A program made the translations under genes and the position numbers. Shown here piece after piece: positions 22,801 to 33,000 of a stretch of 33,000 nucleotides of DNA (position 1 is its first letter; each line of letters starts with the position of its first letter). Under the pieces are notes generated by a model. That model was not told the DNA's origin. It did not search any database and saw nothing but the letters and a program-made list of their open reading frames with translations. This DNA comes from Epiperipatus broadwayi (taxonomy: Eukaryota; Animalia; Onychophora), in assembly GCA_028023455.1 (NCBI GenBank), contig JAQFVV010000003.1, positions 13,485,001 through 13,518,000 of the forward strand, read 5' to 3'.

Positions 22801-25238
22801 ATATATAGATTCATGAATAATTTTATCATGAATTTATTAATAGCATCGATTAATTTAAACCTTAAACATACACATTTATAAAATAGTTTTTCTTTAAGAA
22901 AACTAGCGTAGATTGACTGTATAAAGCCCCATTGCATCGGAAATTTAAGGTTAGTACTAGGGTTTGAAGTGGGCTTATGGCTAGATGTCATGAAGCTAGG
23001 ATCGAACTCAGATCCGACTGCTTCAATATAGCTAATTGTTATTACAAAAATTATTTTTTTAAAGATAGAAATGGTGTGTGTGTGAGAGAGAGAGAATTAT
23101 ATAAACATTTCTACAATAGAATCAGAGTTTTGAAATGAGAGATTAAATTATAAATAATTTTGAAGTGTCAATACCGATATAATTTCTTTTTGCATATTTC
23201 ATATGCATTACAAATTTATTGATATTTAGAAATTAAGTAAGATGTATCATTTTCTTTTATTGTCTCTGATTATAACTTTTTCTAGAAAATAGTTATCAAG
23301 ATTAGTAAATAGATTACATCATTGTTCAATATATGTATTCTGATAACAATTCTAATTTTTAATTTAAAAATATGTATAATTTTTTTTTTTTTTTTGTATT
23401 CATAAACTTTAATCTAAAAAGCTACTTATGATCAATTATTCTTTTGTTTAATTCATTGTATTTGTTGGTTCTATGCTCAAAAATTTTGATTACTCCTGTA
23501 ATAATTGTGATTTAGTTTTTCTATGCTGAAATAGACCGAGATATTATTATAATGTGTGTGAATGGCTTGTTGACTTTCCATATACATAAACATTTCCACG
23601 CTATAAAAATAAAACTGAAGTTTGTGGAAGGTAACTAGACTATCAGCCTCAGTATATTTGGAGGTATAAACAAAATACTTACATAAAATATGCATCTAAT
23701 ATGAGGACCAATAATAATAGAATTACTTGTTATTCATAAAAGTTCCATTAGCAATTTATATACAAAAACATATCTTCATAAAAATGGAGTTATCAATTAT
23801 ATATATTAAAAGTTTTTGGTATAGTGATTAGTTCACTATTCTGTCATTCCTCTGATGTGGATTTCAAGTCCTAAAGTCAGAATTTTTCAAATAACATAAA
23901 AAACTAAGTTGGAAGCTGCTAGTTTATAAGTGGCTACTGTGTTCACTTATAATATGCTAGCAAAATGATAATCCAGAATGACATTTTAAAGATGAACTAA
24001 AAGATGAATGAGAAATAAGCAATACAGCACTATCTGCACATTCATTAATGTGATGGCAAACTCCATTACTGGTCACATTTTTCTTTACCACAATGTTTAA
24101 AAATATTATGTACTTTTCTAATGAATTAAACATCTAATAATATGACAAAAATAAGTCAATTTTCATCTGGTCATTTATATTTCTTAAGAGAGTTCAAATC
24201 TAATCTGACACTTGTTTTTCATAATATTTTAAAATAATATTCATCATTTCCGTAGTTTGAAGAATTCTGATCATTATATAATTAAAATTGAGCATCATTC
24301 ATTATTAAGAGTTTACAGTATATTTTTTATTATCAATAGCAAAATTTCATTTCATGTACATTATTTTGAAGTTAAACAAGAATGTCAAACTATATAAGGG
24401 TAAAAAGACATACATTCTCAAACTTTTAATAATTTGTTTTTTAATTCAGTAAAAATGTAGTCAAATTTAAAAATTAACAAATATGGAGTAATGTTAAACA
24501 CAGCAGTTAAGAAACAATTTGCAAAAAAAATAAAATAATATATGGTGGTAAAAGAATTAAGGTTATAATAGTTGGGGGGGGGGGAGGTCCTATGCTATTT
24601 TCAATCTCTTGGAATCTGATGTAAAAACTGTGATATCTTTTTACATTTTTGCTAACCAGAAGGAAGAATTGTATTGATATTTCCATTCCTTATTAATGTC
24701 CAAGCATTTTCCAAGCAAAATGCTTATTTTATTCATTAATTAATGATTACACTTACTAATATTGGATGGTTACCTGAAAGAATTCTGAACATTTCTTGGA
24801 AAATCTTCAGTTACTTGATAAATTTCCAAGCTCTATCTGAATATAAATCTAGATCATGGTCATATTATGAACTATAATAGCATTATCCATTTTGAACTTC
24901 ACTTCACATAACTTCTAAAATAATCACCAGTTCTTTGCTATTGATGTTTTAATATAACTCATCGGGTAACTTTCTAATTGTTTCATAAAGTTATTAAAAA
25001 TTATATTAGAATAAAGTAAAACCCTCCCCATTTAAATTATTTTTTTTCAATCCTATATAAAATATGATTTAATAAAATATAAATTGTAGAGAATATTACA
25101 TGAAAATCAAAACTGGATTTAAAGAGTTCAAAGATCTATCGAATAGCCTTTCAAAAAAATAGTGAAGAGGAAGACAATAAACACTAACTCGCTGTTTACC
25201 CATTTTCTAGCTTTAGACCTCCTTAATGAATTATTTTT

Positions 25239-25345
25239 TTAAAAAAAAAACCGAAGCATGTTGAAAAAAAAAAATCGAATTTATTCGGCTCGGATTTGAA
25301 ATCAAAAAATATGGCAGACAGATACGCTATCATTGAACTACAAAG
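25239..25345 (-). mobile_element. Family E tRNA-derived SINE-like copy
   Basis: A-box-like TAGTTCAATGATAG, then TTCAAATCCGAGCCGAATAAATT...GCTT..T-run on the minus strand. Confidence 0.45.
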
Positions 25346-26254
25346 AATTAATAATAGTTAAAATTTAGTAAATAAGTCTGCATTTAATCTAAAACAACAT
25401 TTTTACAGATATTCTCATTAAATTATTAATATTTTAGCATAATCAAATTAATCATAAATTAATGGAAAATTGATTACAATTTTATTTAAAGGGCGTATTT
25501 GACGGCAGTTTAATAACTCTTTTTCTAAGTTTAAATAACAATTGAATCGGTTTTATTTATTTCATTTGAGAAAACTCTCATGTAGAAAGATGCTGATCAG
25601 ACACTAACGAAATAGAAATGTTTTTCTATATCTGGTTTATCTTCCCATCTAGTATGATGGTTTCTTTAATAGAATAAGATTCTAAACTAAAAGGCAAATA
25701 ATATTAATAACACAATTCTGCAAAAATATCTTCATAAAGCAGCAATGTGCAGACCAGATGTGGGAAAAAGGATGGAGAACAGGAAATGAGTTTTGCCTCG
25801 TTGCAGTTTCCGCAAAGGGAAAATACTACGGAAATGCTTCAAATTTTATTTTAGCAGTTATTATTTACAGTGACAAGCCTAAATTTAAACATCTGTCTAT
25901 TTTATATTATTACACTTATTAAACTGATCATTTAAAAGACCCCCTTCCCATCCATATTATCATTTCTTTATTAATTACCATTTCATAAATGTCTAATAAT
26001 AACATTCTCATTAGATAAATAGTTGACGAATTAATAAGTACAAAGACATATTATTTCAGTTTAATGTAAACAAATGGTTGAAATACGCAGACTTTTATTA
26101 TAAATAAATAAAATTTTATTACATTTAATTAATAATAATCTGAAAGAAAAAAAAAAACAATAGAAAAAAGAAGTACACGTGTTTGCAGAGCATTAAATTT
26201 GAATGTGTGCGTGTGTATATATAAAGCATAATAAATCGTGATGCAGTAAATAAC

Positions 26255-26357
26255 GCAAGACCACGGCCCGGGGTTCCAATCTGATTGGAAGGAATTTGAA
26301 AAAAAAAAAAAATTCAGGTAAATATTTCTAAGCAATTTTAAGATATTTTTTTTTTTA
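26255..26357 (+). mobile_element. Family E tRNA-derived SINE-like copy
   Basis: GGGGTTCCAATCTGATTGGAAGGAATTT...AAGC...T-run aligns with the 8327-8460 copy. Confidence 0.4.
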
Positions 26358-28018
26358 GATTACGGATCCATTGTCAACCTAACTTGACTTCTTAGCTAGA
26401 AGATACAAATTCTTATCAGTAGATAGTTAATTTCCAAGCAAATTCAGGATTATTTTTTCAGGGAGTCATCCTATACCCAACCCAATCAATCATTGAGATA
26501 TTGGTCGGTGAATGAATATTTAGTTATTGGAAAATAAAACAAAAACAAGAGTAAAGCAAGTTCTAGTTTGATGAGTAATGGTTTTTATCTGTAGAGATCA
26601 AAATAATCCATTATATGTATAATCTTTCTGAATCGTCATTATGAACAGCTAATAAGAAGAAAGATTTTGACTTAAAAAAAAACATACAGAACATGATGTA
26701 AGTAGGTTATATTTTCATTATATTTTAATTATACACTGTGCTATGAGCAATGTAAGATACTCATGGCGAAAAGTGTTCAGTGAAGACGAATTCAAGAAAC
26801 TACACGCTCCCCTATCTTACATCAAATTCATTTTCAAATTATTAAATGCAATCCTATCAACGATTTACTTAAACCAAAGACTAAACATGAATTTGGAACT
26901 TTTCCCCATCTGTTTGAAGATTGAAAGATATTAAACAAATAAAAATGAAGATATTTCCATTCTCTGTATAAATTTAAAATCACTAATAAAAGAAAGCATA
27001 AAAAATTTTCATCGCATAATGCAATGGCTTTGGTGAATGCTTTAAAAATAATATGATTGATAGGATGTGACATGATCTTTGATAGCTAGGATACCCCCCC
27101 TCCCCACAAAAAATATTGGTCAAGCATTAGTCCTTGTTTGGTGAGATAGTGAAACAAAATGATAACAAATCAAAACGTACATGTAAATAATTGTTTAAAA
27201 ATGCAAATAATATATATATATATTATTAATAAATATATTATTTAAAATAAATAATTCTGCAGTTTTTTTATATAGGTGATTGATAAGTCAATGTCTCTTA
27301 TCTTTTCATGAATTTCCTATAACAAATTATTAATACAAATAGAATCATTGATAAAATTGATTTAAATTTATTTTAAGCTTATCATAGATAAAACAGTATA
27401 CAAGATAAAGAATTATTTCATTACTCTTTTGCCTGGGTAAGCAATTTTATATAAAGTTATCAGCGTTCATCTGGAAATATCTCTGATAGATAATATTATC
27501 CTACTTAAAACAATTACTTCTGAAGTGATTAGATAATTTTGAAAACTACTATAAATAAATATGCATTTTTATAATAATACACGCTTCAATATTATATGTA
27601 TGATTTGGTCCAGCATATTTCTGATACACAGTGAACTAAATTTAAGTTGTGAACAAATTTAGCTAAAATTGTTAGAGGTATATGAACAAGTAATAGTAGG
27701 GGCCATCAATAAGTGCTTGTCAAAATATTCATTAATATTTTGTCCTAAATTATTGGCCAGTTTGATACTGCATTTCCATTCACCCTCCCCTCCACATCCA
27801 CTTCCTCTTTTCACAATTTGTTCACATTTCATATTTAGAGTTATTGTTTATGATAAAGGAGCTCTGGACATGTGAGGGCAAATTATACACCAAAATAATA
27901 AACAGTACATGTGCATTATCCTGTCTATCAAGTTTAGCAATCTTTTTAAAAAATAAAATATACATTTTCAGGGACTTAGGTATTAGTTGTTAATTTTAAA
28001 AAAATTAATAAATCAATT

Positions 28019-28308
28019 TATGTAATATATATGGTATATGAGCACAGACTTTCATACGACCCACCACTCACCACTCTATCTCATATCACTGATACACTTG
28101 AACACATATGTCGAAAAGATAAATAATCACCAATATACGTTTTTCATGCTAATCCAGCAATCATCAGTTGGTGATTATCTTTTTGACATATATGTACTCA
28201 AGTGTATCAGTGATATGAGATAGAGTGGTGGGTCATATGAAAGTCTGTGCTCATATACCCTACATATTACATATACTGATAAAGATATATAATAAGCCTG
28301 TATTTCAG
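28019..28308. mobile_element. Diverged family A foldback: arms 28019-28133 / 28168-28273, HHR core as loop, tail 28274-28308, 14-bp TSD
   Basis: TTAATAAATCAATT at 28005-28018 and 28309-28322. Tail ends GCCTGTATTTCA, as at 13897-13907. Confidence 0.9.
28129..28172 (-). ncRNA. Near-intact family A hammerhead forming the hairpin loop
   Basis: Reverse complement reads ACCAA CUGAUGA UUGCU GGAUU AGCAU GAAA AACGUAUA UUGGU. Mismatches at G10.1 and 15.2. Confidence 0.7.
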
Positions 28309-28461
28309 TTAATAAATCAATTGTTAATTACATTCACAAGGTTTATTTCACTTTTTTTAAAAAATTTATATTACAACGTGTAAACAGTGACATGCTCTGA
28401 ATATTGTTGTACTAAATTTTAATTCAGTGTTTTTCTTTGTGTAAAAACCATTTTTTCCAAA

Positions 28462-29300
28462 ATGATAATAATTTGGGACCTTTCTTTGGCAGATTATCAT
28501 AAAGTGGCTTATTTCCAAAGGTATAGGATTCTGCCCTCTCAAAAAGTCTTAGTTAATGAACAGAATATGACAGTTTACCTGCAAACAGCACCACAATGGC
28601 AATGCAATGCCAAAAATTGTTTAAACAGAATATCTGTTTGGAAGGGAACATGGTTCAAAGGCTCCAAAATTCCACTTCTGATTGCACTCGGATTCATTTA
28701 TTGCTGAGCTAGAGATTTAATGTCCATTGAATGGGGGAAAGAACCATAGGAATTGTCTAACAAAATATTCATAGATTGTAACAACTACCTGAGGGAAGTG
28801 TGCACATTAGGCTTTGGTCTTGACACTTGTGCAAAATCGGAGGGCCTAATAAAATTGTGGAAATTGACGAAAGCTTTTTCACCAAGCAAAAAAGTCAATA
28901 GAATACTTTCACAGCAGTGGTTATTTGGTGGCTTATACAAAGATATCAATCAGCACTTCATTGTAACTGTTCCTGGTAGAACAATGGCTATTCTTATGGA
29001 TGCAATAAAACAAAATGTCAAAGACAGATTAACAATTTATTTAAACAGTTGGAAGGCCTATAAAACTGATGAATTACAATGGGATTTGAACTTTCCAAAT
29101 AATACATTACTATAACTTTGTGAATCCAGCTACCAGTGCACATAGACTAAACATTGAAAGATTATGGGGTCTACCCAAATAGTGAAATAAAAAACACTGG
29201 GGAACCACAAGACAACACCTGGATTCCTATTTAGTCAAGTTTGTGTAGTGTCATCTGCATAAAGAAGATTCATTTGTGGCAATTTTGGAAGCCATTAGGG
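28462..29300 (+). pseudogene. Merlin/ISXO2-like (IS1595 family) DDE transposase pseudogene
   Basis: Across frameshifts: KIGGPNKIVEIDESFF (28833-28880), QWLFGG, TIYLNSWKAY, YNFVNPATSAH..NIERLW, HLDSYLVKF. Upstream QWQC...C...ISVWKGTWF. Several stops, and the second catalytic D reads as N. Confidence 0.9.
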
Positions 29301-31646
29301 ATTTCAGGTTGCTGACATATGTTTCTTTTTTTTTTTCATTTTATATTAATAATTTTACTTAATACAAAAAAATTATAAAAAATAAAGAGTAAATATTACA
29401 ATTAATTTTTGCACAAATTTTTTTAAAAATAACAATAATAAAACAAAAAAATTAAATATTAAATATGACCGCTTAACAACTAACACATATTTGGTAAAAT
29501 AAAATTGGGAAGGGGGGGAATGTAGGCCTTTGAAACTGTATATTTAAATAAATGACTGCCAAACTTGGAGATAGGATAAACTTATGCATTTCAGCCAGCA
29601 TGATGCTTAATGTTGATCTATTTCTTAAACTAATCCTAAATAAATATATACAGATAAAATCAGTCATGTGAAAGGCTTCATGGCATAGTGTCATATTCAT
29701 AATTAGGAGTTCAAATTTACACAGAGTTTAGAAAATTTTTCTAAAAAAAATGAAGATTTTCCAACAAACTTAGAATTTTCCAGATAGTCAGCCTAGCCAG
29801 ACATCTATTATTATTGATTTAGAAATGAGCATCTATATTTAGCTGAAGATTACAAGTTTCAGGGTAACTAGTATGCTGATTAAAAAAAAAAGTATCTATA
29901 ATATAATGCATTATTCATTGTTGATAATAGGCATTTTAGCCAATGATTTGATCACTTCCTTACACACATGTATAAATATTTATACACAAATACATTAATT
30001 CTAGATTTGGCATGGTGGATACAAGATATTTTTATTATCAATAGTGAATACTGTATTTCATTTCATTCATGTTTTTAATGCCCAGTGTAGTAACACAAAT
30101 TTGATAGACATATCAGCTGCCAATAGCACTCGCCTATTTATTGACTACTATTGGCACATATGGACTTACTGAATGCAACAACTCTGGAAATCCTCAACTA
30201 CTTCTAAACATTTCTAAGCTTAATATATTAATACACTAACTATTACATAACAAAGTGATTCTTTTTTTTAATGCAAAAATTCTTTTTTATATATATGATA
30301 GCCCTTGGGTTTGCCCAAAGCTCCATTAGATTTAGACTTAGCTATGTAAGACAGTGTTTAATGAAAATTTTCCTCATGAGCTGTATATATTTATTTAATA
30401 GACAAACTTTCTAGCCAATGCTAGGTTTGAACCCAAGTTGTATTCTTAGGGATTGCATAGTTTTACTTAGTAGGCAAACTAAACCTTTTGTCATGAAAGA
30501 TTTCTAAGCAAAAATTGTTTTATTTAGTATTAATTCATAAGACAATTTAATAACCAAAGATATAATTGAGAAATTTGTAGATTAGCAATATTTATACATC
30601 ACTTTAATAGTTGGAGATTGGAAAGAAGAGAGGGGTTGTGCAATTTATAAAACTACTTTAGAGAGTGAAAATAGCTAATCGTAATTTTACAATAATAGGT
30701 TAAAATTCAATAACTCATAAAATCAAATTGTAAAAAAAAAAAAAAGAGATCAAGAATTAATCAGAAGTATTGAGCAATCGGTCTAATTAGAATTGTATGT
30801 GTGAGGAATGCGTGTATGTATATGATTTAGCTGTGAATTTTAATTATAAGGTTCATGATTGAATAATAATTATCCCATGTTATCTCGTGGGGAACTCCTT
30901 TAAAGAAGAATTAATTCGTTTTAATAGTTCATTCATAGCAACCAAAATTTCGGTCAAGATTCTGGATTTGAAATTGGGTTGCTATACATTTTTTTATTAT
31001 TATTAAAAAAAAGAAAAAGGGAAGGTTTCTTTCATTTGTTCTTTGGGGAGATTTCCATGAGCAGAAAATTACTAAAGTCCTCACATGATATCTCTGACAC
31101 AGGAATATATAAGTTTAAAAACAATGGGTGGATACAAATTTGGCAGGTCAGTCATTCAGGAGGGAATAAGTTTAAAACAACAAAAGGGAAAAAAAACAAT
31201 AGGCAATTAATCAAGGAAAACACCGATGGAACGTCAACCATTCAGGGGGGGGGGATGAAGAAACCCAGACAATATAAGAGCTTGATTTGTCTTTAGCAAG
31301 GTTGGTTGGTTGGCTTGCTCTCTCTTTTCTGGCTTTCTCATCATCGGTTATCCTGAGAAGCCTAGTTGTTGGGTTAAAGGAAAATTATTTTAAAAGAAAA
31401 AAGAAATCGTTTGTTAATTTTCTGTTCTGTCTCCTGAATGATAAAACTTAGCCAAATTTAATAACATTTGTAGAAAAATGACATTTGAGTAAGTTTATAT
31501 TAGGTGCACATCCCATTCTCTCCTGAAATTAATCAACTTCATGATTTGTCTTACATCTAAATATACCTAATTTATCAGGAATCGGCAAGTTATGAAACTT
31601 AAACTACAAAGAGAAAATTGATTTTGATTTTGCAAATGGGGCAGAA

Positions 31647-31776
31647 CTGAACACTACAATCTCATATGAAGCATCAACTCTGAACACTATAATCTCATAT
31701 GAAGCATCAACTCTGAACACTATAATCTCATATGAAGCATCAAATCTGAATACTATAATCTCATATGAAGCATCAA
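31647..31776. repeat. Minisatellite, 33-bp unit, 4 copies
   Basis: CTGAACACTATAATCTCATATGAAGCATCAACT starting at 31647, 31680, 31713 and 31746; no spacers. Confidence 0.95.
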
Positions 31777-33000
31777 ACCAGTCATAAGTGAACTGAGAAG
31801 TACATCAATAAGGGGACTTGTACATGTCAAAAATTAAAAGCAAGTTTTTTTCAGCTGTAAAAGTGTAGTTAATCCCCAGAACCCAAAATGGGAAAACTTT
31901 GTTATATTTTGGCATAGGAATTGAATGTGTATAACAGTGACTTTTTCACATAAAGCAATGTATGCACACGAACAAACAAAAGAAGGAAAAAGGGGGAAAA
32001 TGGAAACCAGAGACCGAAAGGACAATCCGGGAGGACTGTTTAAGTATATTTTTATTATTTGTTATTCATTTCTAACATTTAATCTAAAAAAAAAAAAAAA
32101 AAGGAATTTTTTTTTTTAATCATATATATTTGTTTAAAGTTAATCTATGTTAAAATTATTATTATTATTTTTGGGGGGTAGATAAGTGAATATCAAATCA
32201 TTTTGTATGTGCCTGTATTAAATGCTTTACATATTTTTTTAAATTATTATGAAGAGAATGAGAGATATTGTTAAGTGAAATGTTTTTAGATCGAATCAGG
32301 TATTATTATCAAATACTTAGACTCATTGATATGTTTTATAACGGTTGTGTGAATGTTGGGCTAAAATATTATCATTATGATGTAAATGTGCAGAGAGATA
32401 GTTTTAAAAATTTAATACACATTTCTTATTACTATTATCGTAAAGTTAGATATAAGCTAATTAAGGCTTGAAAAAATTGTTGGCTAATGTTCTGGTGTAC
32501 TATTTCATGGGAGGAATGTAGATATGAAAGTTTTACTCATACGTGACGTTAGACTTGTATATACGTGGATGGACAAAGAGTCCCCACCAAGCTAGTGTTG
32601 TTTAGCTTGCTCACTAAAATATTTATTCCATATTTTATAAAGTATTTAAATACATTGGAAGAGTTTCCCACTTCGTTATTGTCTACACTGTAAGATGATT
32701 TTTTTTATTGATGGCCAGAGGTTAATAGGTATACCCAAGTCTCCCTGTATGACTAGCGATAAAATCCTAGCATACCTCAACCTTAGTAACAAGGTATTTT
32801 CTCTTATTTGGGTCACTGCCTACCTCATATTAATGTTGATATTCCTTACGGGTGTATGAATTACAGCTATTGCTAAGTATTATTTATAAATGTTGGTTAC
32901 AGGGTCAGGCAAACTCAATTTGATGTTGGGATGAGTGCAGATAGTGTGTGTGGGATTGGTATACTTGAACATTGTTTTGTTGATATAAATTTAATTCATC

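Noticed and set aside
24620-24990. Possible pogo-like DDE transposase remnant on the minus strand (NHPIL...NGNI..LP)
   Set aside because: Only scattered short motifs among many stops.
31647-31776. CRISPR-like repeat length
   Set aside because: Head-to-tail repeats without unique spacers, in a eukaryotic context.

Overview
AT-rich, CpG-depleted eukaryotic DNA, probably from an invertebrate animal (inference). No host protein-coding gene can be supported, and most ORF-track entries are antisense or low-complexity artefacts. The window is a transposon graveyard: two L1/Tx1-like LINE remnants, an RTE-X-like remnant, weaker RT remnants, a Merlin/ISXO2-like transposase pseudogene, a tRNA-derived SINE family and two 33-bp tandem repeats. 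The main signal is a set of short non-coding retro-insertions from four unrelated sequence families (A-D). Six of them share one architecture: head-to-head inverted arms with 3' ends facing outward, a 20-50 nt tail on one arm only, and a 7-14 bp target-site duplication (TSD). Families A and B carry minimal type I hammerhead ribozymes (HHR) plus tRNA-like Pol III boxes. Two insertion junctions fall exactly on the predicted ribozyme cleavage site or helix I. This matches Penelope-like-element (PLE) pseudo-LTR / non-LTR retrozyme biology. All alignments, translations and folds were done by eye.
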